Program-made: the position numbers and the translations under genes
Shown here: piece by piece, positions 32,060-43,874 of the stretch
How positions within the stretch are numbered: the stretch's first letter is position 1
Layout: the number at the start of each line of letters is the position of its first letter
DNA from: an uncultured delta proteobacterium
GTDB lineage: Bacteria; Desulfobacterota; Binatia; UBA9968
Assembly (NCBI GenBank): GCA_963745035.1
Contig: CAVUVW010000013.1
Span: 1-64,000 of the forward strand
DNA: 64,000 nucleotides
Reading direction: 5' to 3'
Notes under the pieces: model-generated
Seen by the model: the letters and a program-made list of their open reading frames with translations, nothing else
What the model was told of the DNA's origin: nothing
The model's database searches: none

Positions 32060-32561
32060 ATTGACATTTTACGTCGCCAGATCGCTAGAAAGAGGTAGCC
32101 CAAGATTAATTATGTTTAGCTGCGCGTCAGCGCTAAATGTCAGATAAAGGGGTCGTGGCGTCAACATAGCGGCAAGCCCATAAAAGCCAATCCGCGAAGT
32201 TATTTTTTTTGTCTTCGTTTTCTGCGGTGCAAGGTACCCATTCCGTCTGGCTCCCCCAAGTTCAGTCAAGCCAAGCTAAAGATCGTGATCGTTGAGGATG
32301 GACTTTAAGATGTCTCCTTTTTTCCTTTAGATGTATTGAAACGTAAGATCTCTTCACGGATGCCAACGAGAAACAACCAGGAGATTTAGCTGCGATGGAG
32401 GTAAATGGTTTGCTCAGATATAGCCGTAGGCATAGGCTGTTGAAACATATCACCTAGGGATCTGGACGATATTTCTCGTAGATTCCCGCTTTCTTCGGAA
32501 TCCAGATCTCCGAAACCACTGCACTCCGTGCCGGCGAACCATCCGAATCTCCGCATCGCCA

Positions 32562-33406
32562 TTACGTCGAATGGAGCGAATAGTCGATCGCCAGCCGTTC
32601 GGCGCCATAATATTCCTTGAGAAATTCGTGCTGACTTTCGTAGCGGCGCTTGGGTACCACGCGGCCCTGAAAAGAGACGACTAACGGATCGACATCGAAT
32701 GGATAAGGCGTGACGACGGCGCGGCTTTCATCCTCGATGGTGAAAGTCAGAATCGCGTCCGCTTTTCCCGGCCGGGTCGGCATAGGCATATTGCTCATGG
32801 TATTGCTCGGACCATTCTTGCGCTGCGGTGCTGTTGAACGGATAGCGATTGCAGACGAACTGCGCCATCTGATCGTAGACTTCCATCAATTTGAAATTCG
32901 TCCAGAATTGTTCGTCGGAAACGTGACCGCGATATTCCTCGGAGCTTCTGCAATTGCCTGAGCAGTTCGCGCGATAGCTCTCCTGCTCGGCGAGAAATTC
33001 TTTGACCTCGGGATAAACGGTAAAGTCCGGCATATACGGGAGCAGACCCGCGCCCCTGGGTCAGCAAACCGTCGGCGTGCAGAGAAACGATATAGCCCGC
33101 GTAGGGATCCTGCTCGGCTAGACGATCGATGCCGTGGCGGTAGAAATCCAGCCACACTTTGCCGCCAAGATGCTTGATGCTGCCAATATAATCCGGCGGC
33201 AAACCTTCGCTGTTGAGCTGCGGCTTGATCTCCCAGTCCCACCAGCCGGTGTCGTGCTCCTGCGCGGCCAAGACCATGGCCGCGTAAGGCGAAGGGCGCG
33301 CAAAAGAGTCGTTGCCCCAATGGGCAGCGAACCAGCCGGCGACCTTCGAATGATCGACTTGTAAGATCAGCAGCAGTCGTTCGTCGTCATAGGGACAGAC
33401 CATCAT
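32562..33406 (-). CDS. DUF3891-family protein, paralog 1 (frameshifted)
   Basis: LQVDHSKVAG..AAHWGN..AAQEHDTGWWDWE, DPYAG..VSLH, PYPFDVDP, matching my recollection of the DUF3891 pattern. Confidence 0.75.
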
Positions 33407-33449
33407 AAACTTATATCCTCCGCTATCCATTTCGAATCAATGACGCCGT

Positions 33450-34423
33450 CTACATTCCATGCAATTTCCGTCGTACCGTCCCGCCAAAAATATCATCAAG
33501 CTCAGACGCCGACCATCCGGTATTTTTTAATGCGGCGACAGTATCCTTCTCGGCGTTCGCCACATGCGGCACATCCGTGCCGAAAACCAATCGTGTCGAC
33601 GCCCCACGTCGCGCGCGCGCACGCCAACGCCGGACCATGAGTACACGCGGTGTCGAAGTAACAGCGGCGTAAATAATAACTGGGCGGGTGCGGGCAATTC
33701 GAAAAACGTTGGTAGCCGCGATCGATGCGGTCCAAGATCATCGCCAAACTCCCGCCGAGGTGCGACCAAACGATTTTCACGTCAGGGCACTCTTCGAGAG
33801 TCCCGGAGAGAGCGAGCTTGGTCGCCGCCATCGCCGTTTCGCCCGGATATCCAACGGAAAGAAAAGTTCCCGGATCGTTTTGCGGCGCGTCGCAGGGATA
33901 GGTCGGATGCACCAGCACCATCAACTTGCGGCGGCTCATCTCTTGCCAAAAGTGTCGGAGCTCGGGCGCTTGCAATTGGAAATCGCCGACATTGGTCGCG
34001 ATGCCGACGCCGCGCGCGCCCATACCAAGAGCGCGATCCAACTCGTTGCACCATCTCGTTAGCGCTTCGTGCACGGCAGGACGGCGACGAAGCGAAAACG
34101 ACTTGGATATTGCCGGCAAACCGCGGCAAGCCCGTCGTTGACAAAACGCGCCGCCGCGGCATCGCCGGAGCCGGCCCAACCAACATTCAGCGCGCCGACA
34201 GAAAGTATCGCCATACCGATGCCGGCTTCATCCATCGAAGCTAATCGTTAGGCAAATCGTCCTGCTCCGGCGGCATCGACATGACGTGGCTGCCGCGGTA
34301 GAGGAGCGACTGCCCGCGCGGGTTGTCGATGAGCTTGAAGTCCGTCCGGCTCTTGATCACTTCGGTGAAGCAGCCCGCGGGATAGACATGGGCATGAACA
34401 TCGATAATTTGCGAATCCGTCAT
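33450..34423 (-). CDS. Amidohydrolase_2 family protein (ACMSD/decarboxylase-like), frameshifted
   Basis: IDVHAH, VLVHP, ETAMAA, SHLGG, YFDT, FGTDVPH. Confidence 0.85.
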
Positions 34424-34444
34424 CGGTAGAATTTACTCCTAAAA

Positions 34445-36763
34445 TCAATTAGCTTCGCCTCGCTGCTCTTTTACCAACTGCAGAACATAGTCCGGTCTTG
34501 AGCGGCAATTTTTCACTTCGACACCCAAGGCATTCGACACGGCATTTGCCAACGCCGCGCCCGCCGCGGTGATGCCGCCTTCGCCCGCTCCTTTGACCCC
34601 GAGCGGATTGTGCGGACTGGGAAAATCTTCGGTCGAGATCAACTGCGCTTTGGGCATCTCCATCGCCGTCGGCAGCAGATAATCCATGAAGTTCGTCGCC
34701 AGCGGTTGGCCGTCTTCGTCGTAAACGAATTCTTCCAACATCGCGCCGCCGATTCCTTGAGCCAGACCGCCGGCCATTTGTCCTTCGATAATCATGGGAT
34801 TGATCTTGCGGCCGACGTCTTCGGTCACCAGATAGTCCAGGATCTTGATCTTGCCGGTTTCTGGTATCGACTTCCACCGCCGCGACATGCACGCCGTAAG
34901 GAAATGGCCGCTTATCGGTGGCGAAAAAATCTTCCTCGGAAATGCCCGGCGTCATGCCGCTTTTAAGCGCCGGACCGGGCAGCGCCAAGCGCGCGAGATC
35001 GGTAAAGCTGAGAGACCGCTCCGGCGCGCCGCGGGCAGACGACGCGACCGTCGCTAAGGATCAGGTCGGCGGCATCAATTTCCAAACTAGCCGATGCCAG
35101 ACCGCAGGAGCTTGTCTTTGACTTTGCGCGACGCGCCGACGGCGGCGCTGCCCGCCATCACCGTCGAACGGCTGGCGTTGCTGCCGTTGCCGTAAGGAAC
35201 CTTCGCCGTGTCGCCGTGCACGACGCGCACATTCATCGATGGAAACTTGCAGCTCATCGGCAACGATCTGGCTCAGCGCCGTCGCGATGCCTTGGCCGAC
35301 CGAGTTGCAGCCGGAATAAAGAACGACCTTGCCGGCATTGTCGATCTTCGACCCGGGCATACTCCCATGGCCCGATGCCGCTGGTTTCGACGAAGCAGCC
35401 GATGCCGACGCCGACGGCGCGGCCTTCGTGCTTTGCGGCGGCGCAGGTGGTCTTGAGACTTTTCATAGCCGAAGCGCTCCAAGCGCGCGCTCGAACTGGC
35501 CCGGCAAATCGCCGGTGTCATAAACCATATAGTGAAAAGGATGCTTGCCCAGATCATAGGGCATTTCTTCATGGCGAATCAGATTGCGCCGTCGCACGTC
35601 AGCGGGATCGAGCTTCAAACGATGCGCGATCATATCCATTAGCCGTTCGCGGACGAAATTCGCTTCGTAGCGTCCCGGGCTGCGGTAGGTGCCGACCGGT
35701 GTCTTGTTGGTCAGAACGCAAAAAACGTTGCAGCGATAATTTTTTACCCGAAACGGGCCGCGCAGCATGGCCGATGCGGCGATGGCGGGGACGCCGCCGT
35801 GGGTGCGCGTGTAGCCGCCCATGTCGAAGAGAATCTCGGCGTCCATCGCCATGATCGTGCCGTCTTTCTTCACGCCGATTTTGACTCGGTGATTTTGCTG
35901 GCGCGACTGATTCATCGCCTTGAGGTTTTCCGAGCGGTCTTCGATCCAGCAAATCGGTTTGCGAAAATGCATCGCGGCAAAGGGAATCAGAAAATCTTCG
36001 GGATAGAATTCGCCGCGCGCGCCAAAGCCGCCGCCGACTTCCGGCTCGATGAAATGGATGCAGCTCTGCGGCAGACCGATGAGCTCGGAGAGAATGCGCC
36101 AATTGGTATGGGTCATCTTGGTCGGTCCCCACATGGTCAAAAGACCGCGCCCCTCGTCCCACTCGGCGACCAAGCCGCGATTCTCCAGCGGCACGGCGGA
36201 ATGGCGTTGGGTCGAGAATTCCTCCTCGAACGATCAGGTCGCATCGCCGCCAAAGCGCCATCGACGTCGCCGACATTGACTTGAAAGTTGGCCGCGATGT
36301 TGTTTGGCGTCGCGTCATGGAGCTGCGGCGCTCCGGGCTGCATGCTCTGCGCGCGCGTCGGTGACGGCGCCCAGCGCGCGTATTCAACGTCGATCAATTC
36401 GAGGGCGTCCTCGGCGATGTAACGGTTCTCCGCGACGACCACGGCGACCGGGATCGCCGACGTAGCGCACTTTGTTCGTCGCAATCGGCGTTTGTTGCGA
36501 GCGCTCCAGCCCGGGAATAACGCCGGTGCGCATGGGAATAGTTTTCACTCCCGGCATATCGGCGCGGTGAGCACGCCGATGACTCCGGGGATGTCGAGCG
36601 CGGCGGCTGCGTCTATCTTGACGATCCGCGCGTGAGCATGAGTGCTGCGCAAGATCGCTGCATGCACCATGCCGGGGCGATGAATATCGCCGACATATTT
36701 GCCGATGCCGCGGAGAAGCCTCAGGTCTTCTTTGCGTTTAACTCTTGAGCCGATGTACGGCAT
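34445..36763 (-). CDS. CoxL/CutL-like molybdopterin-binding subunit (many frameshifts)
   Basis: MPYIGSRVKRKEDLRLLRG, RSTHAHA, EVGGGFGARG, TYRSPGR, SVGQG, NPLGVKGAGEGG. Confidence 0.9.
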
Positions 36764-36771
36764 AAAAATCA

Positions 36772-36806
36772 GTCTCGAGTTTCGGGTCTGGAGTCTCGGG
36801 TTTGCG
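36772..36806. repeat. Degenerate heptamer tandem repeat (about 5 units)
   Basis: gtctcga gtttcgg gtctgga gtctcgg gtttgcg, between the small and large subunit genes. Confidence 0.6.
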
Positions 36807-36835
36807 GTGAATATGTCGACCTTGCTCTTGGATCA

Positions 36836-37363
36836 TCAGTTTTGTGCCGTGCCGGATATTGCAGACCGTGAGCGCGTTAGACAGCTTTTTGCGTTCATGG
36901 TTTTCGCCGCTTCCTGGATCGCCGCGACGATATTTTGATAACCCGTGCAGCGGCATAAATTGCCGCTGATCCATTCGCGGATTTCCTCCTCGCTCGGATC
37001 GGGAATTTCTCTCAAGAGCGCCTCCGCCGTCAGCAGGATCCCCGGCGTGCAAAAACCGCACTGCAGGCCATGCAGCTCCCAAAATTTTTCTTGCAGCGGA
37101 TGAAGCTCGGTTGCGCTCGGCGCCAATCCTTCGATGGTTTTCAACTCGCGCCATTGGCTTGCACGGCGAACAGCAGACATGAGCGCACCGGCTCGCCGTT
37201 GAACAGAATCGTGCAGGCGCCGCACACGCCGTGCTCGCAGCCCACGTGGGTGCCGGTGAGCCCCAGATCGTCGCGCAGGAAATCGGTGAAAAGCTTGCGC
37301 GGCTCCACGTCACCGCGTGTACTCGCGGCCGTTGATCGTCAAGCGCACCTGTCGATCCTTCAT
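36836..37363 (-). CDS. (2Fe-2S)-binding small subunit (frameshifted)
   Basis: [39 protein letters not shown]. Confidence 0.9.
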
Positions 37364-38240
37364 CGCGAAGGGCCTCGTACCGATACGGCCGCGCGGTCTG
37401 CCGCCTGGACAAGAGCGCGGCGTGCCAACGCTTCACAGGCGCTGCGCCGGTACTCGGCGCTCGCATGGATGTCCGCATCTTGCTCCATGTTTTCGGTCGC
37501 CCGCCGCGCTGCCTCCATGAAAGCGGCGCTGATGGCTTCTCTCCCATCAGAAATTCCTCTGATGCGACGGGCAGGAAGCGGCTTCGCTCCCGTGAGAGTG
37601 AGCCGCGCATGGCGGATCTTCCCTTCGGCATCCAAAGCGATGACTGCTGCCGCCCCTGCCAACGCAAAATCGCCGTGACGGCGGCTCACTTCCTGATAGG
37701 ACCAGCCGGTATGCGCCGGCAGCCGGCACGATGATCTCGGTCAGCAACTCTTCCGGCTCCAGTGCCGTGGTCATATAGGAGACAAAAAATTCCTCGGCGC
37801 GAACCCTCCGCCGTTCGTCTCGGGAAGCCAGCACCATCGATGCATCGAGGCTCACCATCGCGACTGGCAGCTCGGCGGAAGGAAAAGCATGAGCCAAGCT
37901 GCCGCCGATCGTACCCCGGTTGCGGATCTGGATGTGGCCGATGAAACCCGCCGCCTCGCGGAGCAGCGGCCAACCTTCTGCGACCTCCGGCGACCGCTCA
38001 AGCTGCCGTTGCCGCATGGTCGCGCCGATGCGCAACACGCCATCTTGTACTCTGAGATAATCCAGTTCACCGATGCGGTTTAAATCGATCGAGATGAGCG
38101 GGCCGGAGCAGGCGAAAATTCATCAGCGGCACCAGGCTCTGGCCGCGGCGAGCGGCGGGCCCGTCGCCGAACTGCGACATCAGATTCAGCGCTTCATCGA
38201 GGCTGGTAGGATCATGGTAAGCAAAAGCCGCCGGTTTCAT
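37360..38240 (-). CDS. FAD-binding medium subunit (frameshifted)
   Basis: MKPAAFAYHDP, GHIQIRNRGTIGGSLAHA, SRRHGDFA, DIHASAEYR. Confidence 0.9.
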
Positions 38241-38258
38241 CTCGCCGCGTCCGCGCCA

Positions 38259-39104
38259 TCACGCCGAGGCGAGGGTATGCTCAATCGTGATCTTTTCCGC
38301 GCGGTAAAATTCGTCGAGAAACTCCTCGCCGTCCTTATAAACCCGATTGGGCACCAGCCGCGCGCTGAATGAAACCGGCAGCGGATCGATGTCAAAGGGA
38401 TACGGGCGCAGCACAGCCTTGTTCGGGCCGACGGTGTCGACCTCAATTTTCACCGCCGGTTTGCCGTGTCGAGTCGGCACGTCGACGTCATTCAGCGTGT
38501 TGCTCGGACCGAGCTTGCGCGCTTTGCTGTTGAGCGGATAGCGATTGCAAACGAACTGAGCGAGCTGATCGAAGACTTCCATGTATTCATAGTTCGTCCA
38601 GATCTGCTCCTCGGAACAGTGGCTTTTGAACTCGGCGGATTGGCGCAATTGGGCGAGTAGTCCAAGGCGCAGGTCTTCCTGATGATCGACGTAAGCTTTG
38701 ACCCGCGGGTCCGACGTGCGGTCCGGCGGATAGGCGTACTTGCCGTAGCCGGCGTTCATCAGCGCGACGCCGTGCATGGCCATGAGCATCGCCGCGTAGG
38801 GATCGCGCGTCAGCACTCGGTCCACCGAATTCTTGTAAAAATCCAGGCGAAGCTGGCCAAGATATTTTAGGCTGCCATCGTGGTAATCGAGCGGATAGCC
38901 CTTGTCGTTCAAGTTCGACGGCTACATTTCCCACTCCCACCAGCCGCTATCGTGCTCGTGGGCGGCCAACACCACCGATGAATACGGCTGCGGCCTATCG
39001 AACGCTTGATTCCCCCAGTGCGCGGCAAAGTGGCCGGCTACCCGCGAGTGGTCGATCTGCAACGCCAAGATGATCCGCGTATCGTCGTAAGGATAGGCCA
39101 TCAT
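38259..39104 (-). CDS. DUF3891-family protein, paralog 2 (one frameshift)
   Basis: LQIDHSRVAG..AAHWGN..AAHEHDSGWWEWE, DPYAA..AMH, PYPFDIDP. Confidence 0.75.
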
Positions 39105-39171
39105 TTTCTTTTACCTCATACGCCTTCGTAGGCAGGTCCGAGTCTTTTTGCATTCACAGACAAAGAACCGT

Positions 39172-39672
39172 TCAAAACAAAGTTCCGCCGCCGAGAATGA
39201 TCGCCACCGGCGCCTGGATGGAATTCATCGACTTCACGGCACCGGCGATGGCAGTCCGAATATCCTCCGCACGACTGACAAATTCGTAGCTGATACGCAT
39301 CGCATCGAGCAGCGGCGCAGTGCCCCAGCCCACTGGGACGGAAAACCATCTTTGATCGTGAAAGCCGCCCCGGTGAGCGATCAAGAGCAGCATCGGCACT
39401 CCGAAGGGAATCGGGCCGCGCATCAATGCATAGGGAGTGACAGCGAAGCCGGTGTTTTCCATGATCATGACCGGCTTCTTGCCGCCCAGCCAAGCGCCCA
39501 TGCACACACCGACGCCGTCTCCCTCGTTGGCGACCTGGATGTATTCGACCTGCGACTGTTCACTCAAAGGCTCATAGAGTTTTTTGAAGGCGGAATCCGG
39601 CAGGCATGCGGCAAAATTGATTCCCGAACCGATCAGCGAATCGAGCGTAAGTTTGGCCGCCTCAGGTTTCAT
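39172..39672 (-). CDS. Sulfopyruvate/phosphonopyruvate decarboxylase alpha-like subunit (ThDP Pyr domain)
   Basis: CLPDS, ANEGDGVGVCMGAWLGGK.P..IMENTG, LLIAHRG. Confidence 0.82.
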   Translation of the reverse strand: MKPEAAKLTLDSLIGSGINFAACLPDSAFKKLYEPLSEQSQVEYIQVANEGDGVGVCMGAWLGGKKPVMIMENTGFAVTPYALMRGPIPFGVPMLLLIAHRGGFHDQRWFSVPVGWGTAPLLDAMRISYEFVSRAEDIRTAIAGAVKSMNSIQAPVAIILGGGTLF

Positions 39673-39681
39673 TGCGTTTCC

Positions 39682-40293
39682 TCATATCGCACCTTCTAGA
39701 ATTTTGATGCCCTCTGTTTCCTCGATGAGGCGCACGAAACGAAACTTGTTTTCTTGGCCGCTGAAGTTCGGCCCGGCGCCGCGCTCATAACCCGGCTCGA
39801 CCTTGCACACGATCTCCGCAGGGCCGCCCTGAGAAATAAACTTCGAAAACTCGCCGGCGAACGCGTCAACGCTCTCCACGGTAGCGCAAGCCGCGAGCCC
39901 GGCTCCCTTCGCTAGAACGGACAGCTCCGTTCCGTGGGCGGTCTGGCTCGCCGGCCCGCCGCGGCTGCCATAGAGATGCTCGTTGTCGAACACGACGATG
40001 CAAAGATTCTTCGGCTTGTACGTGCCCACCACCGCAAGAATGCTCGGCGACAAGAGCTGGCTGCCGTCGGTATCGAGAGCGATGATTCGTCGATGAGGCA
40101 AGGCCCTGGCCAACCCGAAAGAGACCGGCGTGACCATGCCCATGCCGACCAGGTACAAGTTCATCGGACGATGCATGGTGTGGAAGCATTCATTGGTCGT
40201 TCCGGCGAGCGCCGCGACAACGATGTCCTTCTCCTCGAGAAAGCCGGAAAGCCGCAGCAGGATTTCTTTTCGCGTCACCTTAGCTCGCGCCAT
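39682..40293 (-). CDS. Sulfopyruvate/phosphonopyruvate decarboxylase beta-like subunit (ThDP PP domain)
   Basis: GMG..FGLA, LDTDGSQL..VVFDN..YGS.GG, a variant of the GDG-x-NN motif. Confidence 0.82.
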   Translation of the reverse strand: MARAKVTRKEILLRLSGFLEEKDIVVAALAGTTNECFHTMHRPMNLYLVGMGMVTPVSFGLARALPHRRIIALDTDGSQLLSPSILAVVGTYKPKNLCIVVFDNEHLYGSRGGPASQTAHGTELSVLAKGAGLAACATVESVDAFAGEFSKFISQGGPAEIVCKVEPGYERGAGPNFSGQENKFRFVRLIEETEGIKILEGAI

Positions 40294-40413
40294 TGTTGAC
40301 TCCCGTCTGTTCCATTAGGATCACCCATTACGATTTAGGTTGAAGCCGGTGGCTTCGTCAACAGGTCGTCATCCTTACAATCGCAAACTGATTAACAACC
40401 GATATTCCTCGGC

Positions 40414-41354
40414 TTAGTTGACTTCCCGCGCGATGGAAAAATCGACGAGCTTATCGAAGTTGACCGGCTTGCCCTCGAATTGACTGCCGAGAAGCGAGTT
40501 CTCCAACGCCTTTTTGGAAGCGATACCATTCCTCGTCGCATGCTTGACCACAAGCTCATAAATGTGTTCCACCGCGCTGGCCTCGATACCGCGCAGGTTT
40601 TTCTGGATGATCGCTTTGGTCTCGACGGGATAGCGCGCCATGTAGTCCAATGATCTCCCGACCGCTCGCACGACCTGTTCGCCTCTTCGCGGTCGGTTTG
40701 AAGTTTCTTCTGGCTCATCCCCAAACCGGCAAAAAGTGTTTCCATGTAATCGCCCAGCGGCAAAATGGTTTCTGGCCGAGCTTGTGGGCGATCAAGTTGG
40801 ATGGCACTTGCAGCACTGCCGCCGCAACGATTTTCGCTTCGAGCGCCGAAATGCGCGCCGCGTCCGTGCCGCTGCCGATGGCCAACAACTTTACGTCCTT
40901 ATCGGGATCGATATTGTTCGCTTTGAGCGCGAACCGAACCGCGTATTCCGTAGACGCGCCGTAGCGGCTGATTCCGACAGGCTTGCCGCGCAAGTCGTTG
41001 AAAGATTTGATCTCCGGGCGGGCGACAAGATCGAAGAAGGTTCGATTGTAGACACCCAGGATCGTGACTAACGGCGCGCCCGCCACCGCGGCGCGTAAAA
41101 CGCTCGAAGAGCTTTGCATGTAGTCGACGTCGCCGGTGATCAGCCCTTTGACGGCGAGGTCTGAACGCATGACGACGTATTCGACCCGCAAACCGGCATC
41201 CTCGAAAAACTTTCGCTCGATGCCGACCCAAATCGGCGTATTGGTCAAAACCACCGAAGAGGTCGCGATCACGATATTCTTGCCATCGGCTCTGGCAACA
41301 AAAGCGACAATAGATAAATCGAAGCGAACGAAAAGTTTTTCCAAGCGTCTTCAT
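40414..41354 (-). CDS. ABC substrate-binding protein, NMT1/SsuA-like (frameshifted)
   Basis: PIWVG..KFFEDAGL, DLRGKPVGISRYGA, IDPDKDV. Confidence 0.82.
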
Positions 41355-41395
41355 GTCCCGAAACTCCCGTTGTCAGTTGCATTTCCGCGTTTTCC

Positions 41396-42082
41396 TCAGT
41401 GCTGTCCCTCCAACCAATTTACGATATCGGCGAGGATCGGCGCGCGGTCCACATTGTTCAGATGATGATTGCCGCCCTCCACAGATCGATGCTGCGCCAC
41501 GGATTGCAGCTTCTCGTATAGAAGCTTGCCGTGCCCGTGCGGCACTGAAGCGTCTGCGGTGCCTTGAACGATCAAGACCGGTTTTTTGAGTCCGCCCACG
41601 ATCTCCATCGCGTCGGCGGCGCGGAAATGTCTTTCCTGAAGCGGACCGAAGCGGGCTTCCAGGATCGCGCGCGCGTTGGCGTTGTCTTCGAGGATTCGCG
41701 TCAGGCTGCAGAACGGCGCGATCGAAACTGCTCCGGCGAAACAGTTGTATTGGGTTGCGGCAACCAGCGCCATGGTCCCGCCCGTGGATTGGCCCATGGC
41801 CCAGACTTTATTGACGATTTGCCGTCATCGCGGCGGCGCAGGCGGCCATGTCGACCGGCCATAGACTCAAATCCGCTGGCCGGTGGAGCTGCCGTAGCCG
41901 CGCTGTTCGAAACGCAGCACCGTGTAGCCGCGGCCGGCCAACATTGCAAGCAAGTCGTCATAGGGCGTGCCACCGCCCCAGCCATGGCAGAACACGATGC
42001 CTTCGTCGCGGCTCTTTGCCGGCGTCCACATGGCGCAGTGGAGCAGCGCGTCGCTGCTCTTGATGTAGAAGGATATCGGCAT
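41396..42082 (-). CDS. Alpha/beta-fold hydrolase (frameshifted)
   Basis: CHGWGG oxyanion motif, RGYG, nucleophile elbow GQSTGG, QGTADASV, GGNH. Confidence 0.88.
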
Positions 42083-42098
42083 AATCGCTCGACTCCCG

Positions 42099-42766
42099 TC
42101 AATTTTTCATGAACCGCTCGTAGAGACCGTTGGTACCGATGACTTTCAGCTGCAGGGATTTTTTCGCGGCGGCGGTCGCCTTTTGCTGCAACTCATCGGT
42201 GGTCGCATAATGTTTCAAGACGTAGGCGCCCAGATTGGCGTGATCGTCTTCCTCCTCGGCGTGCTCGCCGTAGAAGCGCAACAGCGAAGGGTAGGGATAA
42301 TATTTCTTCGTGGCTTCGTACATGCGATTGCCGGCGCGCGTGTTGGTGCGCTCGTTGCCGAAATTGTTCGCCGCCGCGATCTCGACGATATGGCCGCGTG
42401 AAAGCCAGTAGTAAAAATAGGGCGTGGTGAACTCGGGAATGAGCTCCATACGGCGCATCTCGTCCGGGTCTCGGCCGATCTCTTTGGCGAATTCGACAAA
42501 TACTCCGGATGAGGCGCTTCTTCGTGGGTGTAGGCTATGTATTTCAGCCCCAAGTCCGGATCGGGGCAGCGTTGAATCCAGGAGCATAAGATCGAGGGGA
42601 TATGTTTGAGATAGGCATACCATTGGCCCATGATCTGAAAAAGCTGCTCTTTGCTCAGTTTGCCGCTGCACCAAGCGTCATAATATGGAGACGCGATAAC
42701 CTCGCGCCGGAGCGGTTCGAGCTCGCGATCCAACCATTCGACAAATTCATCGCCGGACATTGCCAT
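42099..42766 (-). CDS. Heme-oxygenase-like diiron (CADD/PqqC/TenA-fold) protein, paralog 1 (frameshifted)
   Basis: GKLSKEQ, HEEAPH, GNE, EHAEEEDDH metal-ligand pattern. Confidence 0.75.
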
Positions 42767-42794
42767 AAGACTTCCTTTCTGTCTTCCCTGACTG

Positions 42795-43832
42795 TCATCT
42801 GATTTCTTCGGGGATGATGCGTCCATCGTCTACGATGGTTTTGCCATCGAGCTCGAATTTCGCGCGGCGTAGGATCAAATCTTCGTGCGCCATGGTCTTG
42901 TTCTTGCCGCCCAAGCGATAGTTCGCGCCAAAGGCGATCTGCACGTTGCCGTAGGTCGATCTGACCTCGCGGGCGCCCTCTTCAGTGCCGCGCTGGGCGA
43001 TCTCCGACCAACGCGCGCGGTGATCGGTGCCCCAGCCGATGTGAGAGATAATGTAGGCTTCAGGGTCCCGCGCTTGCTCCATGTGGTCTTGTAACAAGAC
43101 CGCGTCCACGCCGCCGTCGATGCGTTTGATCACGCCGTTGACGACTTCGATGCGCACCGGTTCGGTGACGTAACGGCCCAGCATGACCATCAAATCGCCG
43201 ACGTCGAGAACCAACATGCCGTTCGCAGATTCTTCTTCCGGCGCGCAATAAAGAAAGCCCGAGGGCCAACTGTCCCATCGGCCTTTCTCATCGCTGATGC
43301 CGAGCTGGGTTAGCGCCGGACGGCCGCGCTTGCGCATGGTCAGGTCTGAACCCGCTTTGGACGCAAGCCGTATTTCGGTCGCGCCGTCGAGCCATCTCGC
43401 GCCTTTTATTGTTCTTTGGCGCACGTCGTCCGTGGGAAAGCAGCGGCGCAGCTGATCCTCGTTCGCCTTGACCTGAAGGACCCTCGTGCCGCCGGCGAGG
43501 ACCGCGCCCAATCCTTCGCCATAGATGTAAAGCGTGCTGCCGGTGGACAGGTCGATGACAAAGTCGGCGCTCTTTAGCACCGTGAGTACCGGCGCAAGAT
43601 TGATGCTCTTGCCTTCCGCCTCGGGCAAGAACGGAACTTTAACTTCGAAGATGCTTCCGGCAAGCTCCTTACCGGCAGCCAAGAACGCGGCGACATAATT
43701 CGGATTGGTTCTCGTGTCGGTGAAGAGCACGACCGTTTCCTTCCGATCTACCTTGCATAGACGCAATTCGGCGAGCGCCATGCCGACCAGGTCGCCGCCG
43801 ATCTCACCGGAAATGGGAAAACGCACAGTCAT
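42795..43832 (-). CDS. 2,5-dihydroxypyridine 5,6-dioxygenase (NicX/PicD)-like protein
   Basis: SKAGSDL, GRWDSWPSGF, LVLDVGD, DPEAYIISHIGWG, HED (H-x-D) resemble NicX as I recall it. Confidence 0.8.
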   Translation of the reverse strand: MTVRFPISGEIGGDLVGMALAELRLCKVDRKETVVLFTDTRTNPNYVAAFLAAGKELAGSIFEVKVPFLPEAEGKSINLAPVLTVLKSADFVIDLSTGSTLYIYGEGLGAVLAGGTRVLQVKANEDQLRRCFPTDDVRQRTIKGARWLDGATEIRLASKAGSDLTMRKRGRPALTQLGISDEKGRWDSWPSGFLYCAPEEESANGMLVLDVGDLMVMLGRYVTEPVRIEVVNGVIKRIDGGVDAVLLQDHMEQARDPEAYIISHIGWGTDHRARWSEIAQRGTEEGAREVRSTYGNVQIAFGANYRLGGKNKTMAHEDLILRRAKFELDGKTIVDDGRIIPEEIR

Positions 43833-43874
43833 AGACTTTCCTCCAAACTACAGATCCTCGCCCGTAGCGAGTGC

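Noticed and set aside
36772-36806. CRISPR or contingency repeat
   Set aside because: Only about five degenerate 7-mers, with no spacers and no cas genes.
34445-38240. Aerobic CO dehydrogenase
   Set aside because: The active-site loop is TYRSPGR rather than AYxCSFR, and no cox accessory genes are present.
39172-40293. Coenzyme M or phosphonate biosynthesis
   Set aside because: No comABC or pepM in the window.
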